A DNA stretch of 64,000 nt from a virus (lineage: Duplodnaviria > Caudoviricetes). Below the pieces are notes generated by a model. It did no database searches. It saw only the letters and a program-made list of their open reading frames with translations, and was not told the origin of the DNA. Shown here piece after piece: positions 1 to 9,337 of this stretch. The DNA lies in the IMG/VR virus record IMGVR_UViG_3300027374_000458, positions 1-64,000 of that record. One strand, given 5' to 3'. Made by a program: the position numbers and the translations under genes. Each line of letters starts with the position of its first letter. Position 1 is the first letter of the stretch.

Positions 1-126
1 GATGGCGGGGTGGTTGTTCTCCACATAGACCATGGGACGGTCGCCCTCGTTCTTTTTCACCGTCTTGCTGATGCAGTCAGTTGTGTAAGTCTTTTGCAGC
101 AGGGCATCCCCAATGTATTTTTCGTT
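1..126 (-). pseudogene. 3' part of an interrupted large serine recombinase gene (continues off the left edge)
   Basis: Minus frame from 126 down reads [42 protein letters not shown], a typical LSR recombinase-domain segment. Upstream the frame becomes non-homologous and hits a TAA within about 20 codons. Confidence 0.8.
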
Positions 127-275
127 CGCTCCTGTCAAGCATAGACCCATACTTTTTTGTAAATATTTTGTGAACAAGGGCTTGTTTTATTGTTTTACGC
201 TGAATGTTGTCGGAAGCGAATACCGTTGCCAAGCTCCGGACAGACACTAAGCATTCCACATATTTGTCTGCTCTT

Positions 276-662
276 TTATCCGGCCGCTTCTGCCAAATAT
301 TTTTCCATCAAGCTATGTAGCAGATCCGTATAGAGCATAGGCACAGTCCCATCAGCGCATATCACTTCCGCATTGTGCTTTTTCAGCCAGTGCAAATAAA
401 CGTCCATCTCCTCCATGTCTCGACCTAAACGCGAGAGTTTTTTTACCAATATCGCATCAGCTTTGCCCTCTTCTATCGCATTGGAAACCGCCTTTAGTCC
501 GGCACGTGAAAAGTCAAGACCGCTACCATGCTCAGACGTAACTCCAGCAATCGTGGATCCTTGCTCTTCTGCATAGCTGATCATATACCTCTCCTGCATA
601 GCCAGGCAGACCGTGTCGGGACGCGCTGTTCGGCAATAAATCCATACTCGTTTTTTGCTCAT
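276..662 (-). CDS. Small resolvase-like protein, catalytic domain only, nucleophile Ser replaced
   Basis: WIYCRTA in place of YxRxS; SGLDFSRAGL and ILVKKLSRLGR motifs; ATGA overlap with the upstream LSR stop. Confidence 0.75.
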   Translation of the reverse strand: MSKKRVWIYCRTARPDTVCLAMQERYMISYAEEQGSTIAGVTSEHGSGLDFSRAGLKAVSNAIEEGKADAILVKKLSRLGRDMEEMDVYLHWLKKHNAEVICADGTVPMLYTDLLHSLMEKYLAEAAG

Positions 663-2275
663 CTTAATTGCCCCTCTTTCAAATGTCCGCATGAAACTAA
701 CTTTTGAAAGTCATCCTGATAATTCCATACAATCTCAATACTTTGGTCAGGGAAAACCCGAACCTGCGTTAGAACATCGGCAACGATTTCATCTGTCAAT
801 CTCTGAACCTCTGCATACTGCTTGAACACATCCACAAAGCGGTTCTGCGATCCAGCATCTGAGCTGTTGTTTTCAATGCTCGCTGTCAGCGATGCAATTC
901 TGGCAGAAAGGTCATCGGCCTCCTCTTTCAAAGCAGTTCGTTGAGAGCAGTATGATTCTTTATTGATCTCTCCTAAAGCAAACGACTCATACAGATTATC
1001 AGACTGCTGCTTTACCTGATTAAGCGTATCTTTGAGAACTCCAAGCTGAACCGACATAGCACGAACATCCTTCCTGTCCCGACGGTGATGTTCCTCCCAT
1101 ATAATGCTGACCTCCAATGCCGCTGCTGCTTGCGCATGAAGTCCGTCCAGAACCAAAGCGAAAAGATCGCTTTCCAATATCTTTGTTCCCTCACACAGAT
1201 AGGTGTCCGTCATGCTGGATGTGCGGCAAATATAATACGGTGCTTTTGCCTCCTTCCGTGCCATGGCGTGGCCGCAAATTCCGCAGCAGAGCTTTTTGCG
1301 TAGCGGCTGCCTGTCAGGAAAACTACCCCGCTCCACATATTCCCGCAAAGCGTCCTGTGCCCGGTCAAATTCTTCCTGTGTGATGATGGCTTCATGTGCG
1401 TGTTCTGTAATAATCCAGTCCTTTTTGCGTACCTTGACACTGTGCTTTTGGCCTATAACATCGTAATACCGTTTCCCATAGACCACCTTTCCCAAATACT
1501 GTTCATCCCGGATGATTCGGATTATTGCGCTGTCTGTCCAATAATTCTCCGCTTGAACGCTGTTCCAGTTTTTCTGTGTACAGCCCATCGCCAGCTTATA
1601 GAGCATGGGGGTCAGAATACCATCATCATTCAGCGCTTTCGCTGTTTGCAGCGCGGACTTTCCGGCTCCTACCATTCGGAAGATGCGCTGTACGATGGCG
1701 GCAGCCGGTGGATCAACCACCAGATGGGCCTTTCTCTGTGGGTCCTTGATATAGCCGTAGGGCGCATAACGGGATACAAAATCGCCGCGCTGCGCCCGCT
1801 GCCTTTTTGCGCCTCGTACTTTGCGCGACAGGTCACGGCTATACAAGTCGTACAGAAGCGCACGGAAGGAGGTGTCCAGGTTGTCCACATCCATAGGACG
1901 TATGCTGTCGATACCATCATTGACCGCAATGAACCGCACGCCAAGGAACGGAAAAATGCGGGAAACATAGTTTTCTACGGTAAGATAATCTCGCCCGAAA
2001 CGGGATAGATCCTTAACGATCACGCATTGGATTCTACCCTGCCGCACCTGTGCGAGCATTTCCTGAACGGCTGGTCGGTCAAAGTTTTTCCCGCTCCAGC
2101 CATCATCGCAAAACTCTATCACCTCGGCTTCAGAAAACTCCGGGATTTTCTCAATATATGCGTTTAGTAAGATCCTCTGATTGGAAATGCTGTTGGATTC
2201 CGCTTTTTTAGCTTCCTTCAGGTCTATGTCCTCCGACGATAATCGGAGATATTTCGCAATTACATAAGCGGTCAC
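659..2275 (-). CDS. Large serine recombinase 3
   Basis: YLRLSSED, DDGWSG, VKDLSRFGRDY, PYGY, CGICG zinc ribbon and a coiled coil. Confidence 0.95.
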   Translation of the reverse strand: MTAYVIAKYLRLSSEDIDLKEAKKAESNSISNQRILLNAYIEKIPEFSEAEVIEFCDDGWSGKNFDRPAVQEMLAQVRQGRIQCVIVKDLSRFGRDYLTVENYVSRIFPFLGVRFIAVNDGIDSIRPMDVDNLDTSFRALLYDLYSRDLSRKVRGAKRQRAQRGDFVSRYAPYGYIKDPQRKAHLVVDPPAAAIVQRIFRMVGAGKSALQTAKALNDDGILTPMLYKLAMGCTQKNWNSVQAENYWTDSAIIRIIRDEQYLGKVVYGKRYYDVIGQKHSVKVRKKDWIITEHAHEAIITQEEFDRAQDALREYVERGSFPDRQPLRKKLCCGICGHAMARKEAKAPYYICRTSSMTDTYLCEGTKILESDLFALVLDGLHAQAAAALEVSIIWEEHHRRDRKDVRAMSVQLGVLKDTLNQVKQQSDNLYESFALGEINKESYCSQRTALKEEADDLSARIASLTASIENNSSDAGSQNRFVDVFKQYAEVQRLTDEIVADVLTQVRVFPDQSIEIVWNYQDDFQKLVSCGHLKEGQLR

Positions 2276-3975
2276 GCCGGTACCTCCTCATGGTTCGCCA
2301 GAAGATGGACCAGAGCGTGATATTCATCCCGGAAACGCAAGGCAACAGAAACACGATCATCCGCGTCGATCTCCACCCGTTCAATCAATGCGTGAGCCAT
2401 TTCTTCCGTCAATTCTGTTTCGGACTCAAACTGTTCACAGGTAATGATCCAAGGATTATCTTCGGTTTTTTTCAGCTCGGACTGCTTCTGCTGCTCTAAA
2501 GCGGCCAGGCGCTCTCCGGCGCTTTTCATATCCTGTTTGTAACGGTGCCGCAGATCCATGTATTCATCTTCAGACATCAGGCGGTCCACATAGTTCTGAT
2601 AGAGACTGTCATAGAGCATCCTCGCACGTTCGAGCGCGTCATTTGCTGCGGCGATTTCCCGTTTCAGCGTCTCCTCATGATTGACTGCTTTAGCGGATCG
2701 GCCGTATTCTGCCGCCAATCTTTTCATGCTGCCAGCCAACGCAATTTCCCGCTGCAAAACATCCCAAAGAATCTCCAGTAGCTTTGTTTCCCGAAGATAC
2801 TTTTTGGGGCAGGAGGACGGATCTTCGGAGTGAGTAAGGCAGATATATGAGTAGTATAGATGACCGCAGCCTTCAGACACATTCTTATATCGGATCATTG
2901 CCTTTTTGCAGTCCGCACAAAAAACCAGTCCACGGAGAATATGGGGAATTGTTCCCAGCTTATCAAAGCGCCCGACTCTCTCCTGATGGACTGCCCGACA
3001 CTTCTCGGCCATCTCTTTAACGGTGAAATAGGTAACCTCATCAATAAGCGGTTCATGCGTGTTAGGAACTACAACCCATTCGGACTTGGGCCGCTTGCAC
3101 ATTTTTTTGCCCTCGGAAAGAACATTGTAGCTGCGGCCCTGAACCATATGGCCAAGATAAGCCTCGCTCGAAAGGATCACTTTAATAACAGGAACATGCC
3201 AAACCGCGTTGGCATAGCGTTCAGCTTTGACCTCCCCTCTCTGATAATGATAGCGGGATGGGGACGGTATCCCCATCTCATTCAGTTTTCGAGCGATTTT
3301 TAGATAACTGGTCCCGGAAGCTCTCCACTGAAAAATCATCTGCACAATGGGCGCGGTCTCCGGGTTCGGTTCCAACTTGTGGCTGTCGGCGGCGCATTTC
3401 TGATAGCCGTATGGAGCCCAGGAGCCTATAAACTCCCCATTCCGCTGCTTTGCGGCTAAAGCGGAGCCGGACTTTCTGGAAATGTCTTTGCTGTATGCGC
3501 TGTTGAAAATATTCTTCAGCGGCACAATATAGCCTGCCTCATTCCTTTCAGCAGTCAGCGTATCAAAATTGTCATTAACCGCAACAAAGCGGACATTCAA
3601 AAACGGGAATATGCGCTCCAGATAGTTGCCGGTTTCCAAATAGTTCCGCCCGAAGCGGGAAAGGTCTTTGACTACAATGCAGTTGATTTTTCCCTTGCGT
3701 ATATCAGACATCAGCCGTTCAAATTCCGGCCTTTCAAAGTTAGTACCAGTCCGTCCGTTATCACAGTATATGCCGCAGCAGGTCATATCCGGCTGGCTTT
3801 CAATGTACTTCAGAACAAGCTCCCTCTGTGCATGGATGGTGTCCGCTCCCGGGTTGCCGCTGTCCTCCACGGAAAGGCGGATATATCCGCCTGTACGATA
3901 GACCTTGCTTTGAGGAACAAAGGATTCTTCTGCTGTGGGCTGCACATAGTTGACCTTGCGCTTCGTCCTTGCCAC
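2272..3975 (-). CDS. Large serine recombinase 2
   Basis: YIRLSVED, DNGRTG, VKDLSRFGRNY, APYGY, CADC zinc ribbon. Confidence 0.95.
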   Translation of the reverse strand: MARTKRKVNYVQPTAEESFVPQSKVYRTGGYIRLSVEDSGNPGADTIHAQRELVLKYIESQPDMTCCGIYCDNGRTGTNFERPEFERLMSDIRKGKINCIVVKDLSRFGRNYLETGNYLERIFPFLNVRFVAVNDNFDTLTAERNEAGYIVPLKNIFNSAYSKDISRKSGSALAAKQRNGEFIGSWAPYGYQKCAADSHKLEPNPETAPIVQMIFQWRASGTSYLKIARKLNEMGIPSPSRYHYQRGEVKAERYANAVWHVPVIKVILSSEAYLGHMVQGRSYNVLSEGKKMCKRPKSEWVVVPNTHEPLIDEVTYFTVKEMAEKCRAVHQERVGRFDKLGTIPHILRGLVFCADCKKAMIRYKNVSEGCGHLYYSYICLTHSEDPSSCPKKYLRETKLLEILWDVLQREIALAGSMKRLAAEYGRSAKAVNHEETLKREIAAANDALERARMLYDSLYQNYVDRLMSEDEYMDLRHRYKQDMKSAGERLAALEQQKQSELKKTEDNPWIITCEQFESETELTEEMAHALIERVEIDADDRVSVALRFRDEYHALVHLLANHEEVPA

Positions 3976-3976
3976 G

Positions 3977-5620
3977 TCAACCCACCTCCCGTTCGGAATG
4001 TGCCTGACGGGCCAATAAGTCGAACAGCCATTGAAACTCGTTCTGCCAGCGGAATACGATTTCTACCCGATGTTCCCGGTACAGCATGATCCGCTCAATC
4101 AGCGTTACAATAACAGACCGATCCAATTCCGTAATATTCTTATGCTTGCGGAACTGATCCATCCATGCGCGATTTTCTGAGGAACCCGCCAACTCCTGGC
4201 TGATTTCCTCCCGGATACTCTCAGCCTGCTCCTCGGCATCCTTCCGACGCCGGGTATATTTAGCTTTCAGATCCTTGTAATCCTCGCGGTCGATGATGCC
4301 ATCGGCCAAATTTTCATAGAGCGATTGGAGCAGGGTCTGGGCCCGCTCAATCTCCTGACGCTTGCGGTCGAGCCGTTTCTGAAGCCGCTGCATATTGGCC
4401 TGACGGAGCAATGCCGTATCCGTCATTTCCAGCAGCTCCGACAGGTCGATCACGCCCCGGATGTGCTGCTTCAGAGAGTCGAGCACGATCTCATTCAACG
4501 CAACATCCCGAAAGCGGTGAGATGAACAGCATGTTTTATCCTGCTTATGCGCGGAGCAAACGTAATATATATACTTCTTATTTCCTGATGATACGGTTTT
4601 TCGCACCATAGAGGCGCCGCATTCCCCACAAAACAGGAGGCCAGAGAAAAACTCGACGGATGCTCCCCCGACGCTGGTGCGGGTATCCAAGGCCAGCACC
4701 TGCTGCATAACCTGGAAATCCATGGGGTCAATGATTGCCTCATGATTGTTTTCCACTACGGCCCATTCTGAACGGGGGCGGTTGACCTGACGCTTGACCC
4801 GGTAGGTAGGAGTTGTCACCCGTCCCTGCTCCAGCGTTCCGATGTAAACGGGATTTTTCAAAATCCGCAGGACTGTTTTGGCGCACCAGCCGGAATCCGT
4901 TTTTTTGCGGAATTTCGTCTTATAGCGCATACCCTGAGAGGTCTTGTAATCCATTGGCGTCGGAATGCCGGCTGAGTTCAACCGGTCAGCAATATCCTGT
5001 GCGCTGATCCCGTCCAGTTTCCAGCGGAAAATATCACGCACTACACCGGCAGCCTCGTCGTCTATCAGAAGACGGTTGTGATCCTCCGGATCCTTTTTAT
5101 AGCCATACGCAGCAAACGCCCCAATAAAATCGCCATGTCGGCGTTTGATCTCCAGATGGCTGCGTGTTTTGATGGAGATGTCCCTGCAATAAGCCTCGTT
5201 CATCAGATTTTTGAAGGGGACAATCAACTCGTCCGATTCCGGGTTACGGTGCAGACTGTCGTAATGGTCGTTGATGGCGATAAAGCGTACACCAAGGAAA
5301 GGGAATATTTTTTCAATATATTCTCCTGCCTCCAAGTGGTCCCGGCCGAAGCGGGACAGATCCTTGACAACAATGCAGTTGACCTTACCTGCTTTGATGT
5401 CAGCAATCATTTCCTGAAATGCTGGCCGCTCAAAATTGGAACCTGTGTATCCGTCGTCAACCTTCATCCCGCACTCCCGAAGATCGGGAGCGCGGCGCAG
5501 ATAATCGCGTATCAGTTCTTTCTGACCCCGGACGCTATTGCTCTCCTCTTTGTCGCCGTCCTCACGGGAGAGCCGGACATATCCACAGGTATTCCACACT
5601 TTAGCTGTGTTTTCGGGCAT
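3977..5620 (-). CDS. Large serine recombinase 1
   Basis: YVRLSRED, DDGYTG, VKDLSRFGRDH, CGECG zinc ribbon; RBS GGGAGG. Confidence 0.95.
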   Translation of the reverse strand: MPENTAKVWNTCGYVRLSREDGDKEESNSVRGQKELIRDYLRRAPDLRECGMKVDDGYTGSNFERPAFQEMIADIKAGKVNCIVVKDLSRFGRDHLEAGEYIEKIFPFLGVRFIAINDHYDSLHRNPESDELIVPFKNLMNEAYCRDISIKTRSHLEIKRRHGDFIGAFAAYGYKKDPEDHNRLLIDDEAAGVVRDIFRWKLDGISAQDIADRLNSAGIPTPMDYKTSQGMRYKTKFRKKTDSGWCAKTVLRILKNPVYIGTLEQGRVTTPTYRVKRQVNRPRSEWAVVENNHEAIIDPMDFQVMQQVLALDTRTSVGGASVEFFSGLLFCGECGASMVRKTVSSGNKKYIYYVCSAHKQDKTCCSSHRFRDVALNEIVLDSLKQHIRGVIDLSELLEMTDTALLRQANMQRLQKRLDRKRQEIERAQTLLQSLYENLADGIIDREDYKDLKAKYTRRRKDAEEQAESIREEISQELAGSSENRAWMDQFRKHKNITELDRSVIVTLIERIMLYREHRVEIVFRWQNEFQWLFDLLARQAHSEREVG

Positions 5621-5656
5621 AAGAAAACCTCCCTGTCTAAAGACCCAGTTGGCCCT

Positions 5657-5727
5657 TGGACAAGCGGGAGGCGCTGATTCAATTCACCTATACATATTAT
5701 TATATCAGCCCGTCCCCCGTTTGTCCA
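5657..5727 (-). promoter_or_regulatory. Sigma-A-like promoter for the recombinase cassette inside an inverted repeat
   Basis: Minus strand TGGACA (5727-5722), 17 bp, TATAAT (5704-5699) with TG extension; TGGACAAGCGGG...CCCGTTTGTCCA inverted repeat. Confidence 0.65.
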
Positions 5728-5736
5728 GAGATTTTT

Positions 5737-6003
5737 TTAGCATTTAGACCGTATGTAGCTGAGCAGCCTGTCTTCCAAGGTGGCATCGGTTTCCGCAAAG
5801 CTGACCTTTACGACAAACTTTCCATGCCGATAGCAGTAGGGATTTCTAATCTGCCGAAGATAATCCAGCATCCGTTCCCGCTTCGGAAGTTCCGTCTTTA
5901 TCTTTACATCTCGAATATCACGAAGGGTCTCCGGGTCTACTGCGTGGATATCCACAGAACGCAAGACTTCAAGTTCCTGTTCCGTAGGCAAAACCTGCTC
6001 CAA
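5737..6003 (-). CDS. DUF6870-like small protein
   Basis: VDPETLRDIRDVKI...ERMLDYLRQIRNPYCYRHGKFVVKVSF resembles the small proteins found upstream of Clostridial LSR cassettes; RBS AAGGAGGT with TTG start. Confidence 0.7.
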   Translation of the reverse strand: MEQVLPTEQELEVLRSVDIHAVDPETLRDIRDVKIKTELPKRERMLDYLRQIRNPYCYRHGKFVVKVSFAETDATLEDRLLSYIRSKC

Positions 6004-6016
6004 TCAACGCACCTCC

Positions 6017-6340
6017 TTATTGAATTTTTGTTCCGTTGAAAATTACCGTGTAAATCGTTTGGCCGTCTGATTCTTCCATGTCCTTCCTCAGCATATGATA
6101 TTTCCACCCGTTTAATTCAAAGTCTTTTGTAGGGATGTAGGATGGACTATCAGCAGAAGTGAGCCGATATATTCGCCAAATTTGCAGCTGGTCAAAATCA
6201 CCGGTGGTATATGATTCTTCATAATCTGGAGAATAGTAAATCGGAGGTTCAACAGCAAAATAGACCGGTACTATCATGAGGTAAATGCAACAAATCACAA
6301 GGATTGCTATACCCCCAAAAACGTATGATTTCTTAACCAT
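6017..6340 (-). CDS. Hypothetical membrane-anchored protein
   Basis: N-terminal hydrophobic stretch YVFGGIAILVICCIYLMIVPVYFAV; fills the gap in the operon; weak RBS. Confidence 0.5.
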   Translation of the reverse strand: MVKKSYVFGGIAILVICCIYLMIVPVYFAVEPPIYYSPDYEESYTTGDFDQLQIWRIYRLTSADSPSYIPTKDFELNGWKYHMLRKDMEESDGQTIYTVIFNGTKIQ

Positions 6341-6344
6341 GGGT

Positions 6345-7190
6345 TTACGCGTTGAAGCGGTAGGACAGTTTCTTTCCCCCCCGCACACTGTTGAACTTTT
6401 CCAAAATGACCTTGGCGTAGCGTAGGGCGGCATTATTCGTGCTGAAATCCAACTTACCACGCCGTATGATTTCGTCCGGCTCAATCGAAGACAACCGCTT
6501 AACAAAAACGATGTCATTCAGTTCCGCTCCGTACGTTTTTAGAAACAGGGCCATGCCGGACAGAACCGGCCCCATCACAGAACGGGGATCTCCTTTCCAT
6601 GTATCATTCAAGAGACGGAACATGCGGAGGAATGCCTCATCTCCAAGGAAATGATAAGCATTGATGACTGCCCTGGTTGCAACGACTTCATATTCCCCGC
6701 TATGGCGCTGTCCTAACGCCCAGACAAAACCGGCGTTGCTCATCAGCCGCCGGATTTCAGTTGTTTCCGCGTCCATACCGGATTCTGCCAGAGCATTTGT
6801 AGATTGGGACAAGCTCAACCGCTTTTTTACCTTATCCAGCTTATAACACAGTTCGGCCTCCTGCTCGTAGGTCATGCCGCTATATACCTTGCAGCGAATC
6901 ATGACCTCTCTGCCACCATAGAGTTTTCGCATGGCAGAAATTCTGTGCTGTCCATCAATAACATTGTATCGCCCATCCCGGTAGCTGACTGCTAACGGAT
7001 CAAACAAACGCTCGTCCCACTCTCTGACCAAACGATCTACTTCCCGGTCATCCACGGGCCGCTGGTATGGCAGGCCAGAGGTCAGCTTATCCGTAGAAAT
7101 GACACGCTCAACACAGAACACGGTGGAAGATTCAACGGTAGCCTGTTGTATGGGTTTCGGGAATGACTTGCAACGGCTCCTTTTACTCAT
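6345..7190 (-). CDS. DUF6551-like protein with ParB-N/DndB-like N-terminus
   Basis: PYQRPVD...LFDPLAVSYRDGRYNVIDGQHRISAM. Confidence 0.7.
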   Translation of the reverse strand: MSKRSRCKSFPKPIQQATVESSTVFCVERVISTDKLTSGLPYQRPVDDREVDRLVREWDERLFDPLAVSYRDGRYNVIDGQHRISAMRKLYGGREVMIRCKVYSGMTYEQEAELCYKLDKVKKRLSLSQSTNALAESGMDAETTEIRRLMSNAGFVWALGQRHSGEYEVVATRAVINAYHFLGDEAFLRMFRLLNDTWKGDPRSVMGPVLSGMALFLKTYGAELNDIVFVKRLSSIEPDEIIRRGKLDFSTNNAALRYAKVILEKFNSVRGGKKLSYRFNA

Positions 7191-8301
7191 GATCGTCCCT
7201 TCCTTTCTGAACATGATTGGATAACTGCTTCACAGCGCTATGAATTTCATTCATTTGCTGTCGGAAATAATCAAATTGAATCTGGGTCAAGCCGGGAAAA
7301 ACCGGTTCATAGTCTGCAATATGGAACCAGCCGATTTCCTGTTGGAACTTACGGACAAACTCGGTAATCTCTGCAAGGAAGCTATCCGGTGTGCTGCTGC
7401 AATCCTTATTTGGGTTTTTTAAATCGGCTACGGATTCTTTGATACTGGTATATTTCACCCCGCCTAACGAATAAGGAACATCAGGCGTTGTATCGACAGG
7501 CCCCGATTCATTATTGGTTGGCACTGTGTCTTTTGCTGCGCTTACAAGCTCTGGTTCCTGATTGGGAAGCACCTGCTCCATTTGCTTTCTCTGTTCTCCC
7601 TCCCCGATGTTAGGATCAAACTGACTGTTTACGGCAGGGGTAATTGCTTGACTTTCCAGATATTCGTCTATTGATTTGATTTTTCCTGAAACAATCAGGG
7701 AAGCGGCCTCCTCTTGCTGTTTTGGTGCAAGGCGAGACAGCTTGAGTGTAGTTTCTTTCGGAATATCTGCGTGACGGATCAGTTCTTTTGCTTCAGGCGT
7801 CAGATTTTTTGCAGCTTGGATTTGGCGTCTGATTGTCCGTGGCGTAACTCCCAGTTTATTAGCGGTATCTTCAACAAAAGGTTTTAACGTGGCGGACATT
7901 TTTTCCGCGACGTTATTTCCCATGGCTCGATTCATCCCCGCCGCTTGAGATAATCCTGCCTTTGTCTCTGGATGAAGCGTCTCATAGATCTCTTTCCGGC
8001 GCAACAATAAATCTCCAAACTCTACAGCAGGCAAATCACGCCTGACAAAGTTTTCATCAATTTCGGCAAGTTCGGCTTGTAATCCTTCCAATGTACTGAC
8101 TATACATTCAATCTCTACCCAGCCCAAACTTTTTGCAGCCTCCAAACGGTGCAACCCGGCAATCAGCGTATAGCTGCTGTCAATGATGATGGGATTAAGC
8201 AGTCCTATCTCTGCAATGCTTTTTCCAAGTTCCTCTATATGCTCTGGCAACACCTCACGGCGGCCAGGATTTACCTTAATCTTGTCGATTTGGATGCGCA
8301 T
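7183..8301 (-). CDS. ParB N-terminal domain protein with HTH
   Basis: SIAEIGLLNPIIID...LIAGLHRLEAAKSLG, EIDENFVRRDL, HTH TANKLGVTPRTIRR; RBS GGGAGGTG. Confidence 0.85.
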   Translation of the reverse strand: MRIQIDKIKVNPGRREVLPEHIEELGKSIAEIGLLNPIIIDSSYTLIAGLHRLEAAKSLGWVEIECIVSTLEGLQAELAEIDENFVRRDLPAVEFGDLLLRRKEIYETLHPETKAGLSQAAGMNRAMGNNVAEKMSATLKPFVEDTANKLGVTPRTIRRQIQAAKNLTPEAKELIRHADIPKETTLKLSRLAPKQQEEAASLIVSGKIKSIDEYLESQAITPAVNSQFDPNIGEGEQRKQMEQVLPNQEPELVSAAKDTVPTNNESGPVDTTPDVPYSLGGVKYTSIKESVADLKNPNKDCSSTPDSFLAEITEFVRKFQQEIGWFHIADYEPVFPGLTQIQFDYFRQQMNEIHSAVKQLSNHVQKGRDDHE

Positions 8302-8321
8302 ATTGCACCTCCCAATTTTGC

Positions 8322-8410
8322 GGAAATAGCGTAGGCGGCGCCGCAGGACCTTGTTGCATCCGGTTTGCTAGCCCGAATCAATTCCAGCGGCAGACCGCCT
8401 GCGCTATTCC
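8322..8410 (-). ncRNA. Candidate structured 5' leader of the parB operon (long hairpin)
   Basis: GGAAUAGCGCAGGCGG pairs with CCGCCUACGCUAUUUCC, plus an inner stem GCCGC-GGA/UCC-GCGGC; ends 8 nt before the RBS. Confidence 0.45.
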
Positions 8411-9117
8411 ATAATGTATAAACTATAAGGTATGTGTGCCGTATTCACAGACGACAGGATCGCCCGCTTGCTTCCGGCCCCGGCACAGGAGTATATTGTG
8501 AGCCGCCGACGGCACCCGGCGCGAAACCGACAGATGGTGATTTGGCAGATGACGAGGCTGCCCAAGCCAATCCCACAGTTCTTTCCCATCTTATCCCTAT
8601 GATAAGACTTTGCGCACGTCCTGTTATGTTCTCGCCTTGCCCCGCGTATCAACAGCCAGGGGTCCCGCTCGTACCTTTGATGTTATCGCTTTGACGGGCA
8701 GAAAACAGATTGCTCTGTTTTCTATCCGCAGGCAGTCTTCGCGTCCATAACTGTACCATAACAGAACATTTCTCACATACTGACGATGAGGAGCATTTAG
8801 CTCCTGTTTTTCAAGGTACATTCGGGGTATGTATGCCGTATACCGATACCACCCCGCACAGAGACACCTACCAGATGTGTCTGTGCCGGCCGGCATCGTT
8901 TTCTATCATGCGGCAAGGGGGTAATAAAAAAGGCAGTCAGAACTTGTGATTTGCGCAGGTGATTAAAGGTATTCTGTCGAAATGAAAAGGCCGCTGCCCT
9001 CTTTTCAGGACAACGGCCTTTCATAAGTATCATTTTTACCGATTATATAGCATTTCAACAGCATGGAGACAACTTCCTTTCCGCCTTCTGACACAAATGC
9101 AATGTATCATCGGTTTA

Positions 9118-9145
9118 CTACAACATTATTTCTGTTATGTTGTAA
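9118..9145 (-). repeat. Tyrosine recombinase site, left copy (11-6-11, dif-like)
   Basis: Minus strand TTACAACATAA-CAGAAA-TAATGTTGTAG. Confidence 0.75.
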
Positions 9146-9337
9146 ACCGCCTTCGTCACGGCAAAATCCTCTGACAGGATGATACAGCAATGCCAGTGAA
9201 AATAGACAAGATTTGTGTCGATAAGGGTACAAAAATTTAAGGGGAGCAAGATTTATCTTTTCCCCTTGTAAAAACACGTGAATTTTCAAAAGTCGATTAT
9301 TTGAAGTATGAATATTGCACTCCTTTTCCGTCCCGGT

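Noticed and set aside
8345-8375. c-di-GMP-I-like GCAAACC...GCAA words on the minus strand
   Set aside because: The P2 stem and tetraloop/receptor are absent, so this is likely coincidence.
8450-8465. MOBP-like nick sequence ATCCTG
   Set aside because: Too short, an imperfect match, and no relaxase in the window.
8608-8618. GTGCG intron-start word (minus strand here; also plus strand at 14591)
   Set aside because: A 5-mer with no accompanying intron domains or correct position relative to the RT.
8780-8810. Hammerhead-like CTGACGA followed by a stem
   Set aside because: The required GAAA after stem II is missing.
9107-9289. 60-aa ORF within the invertible segment
   Set aside because: It runs across the recombination site, has no RBS at its start and has no motif.
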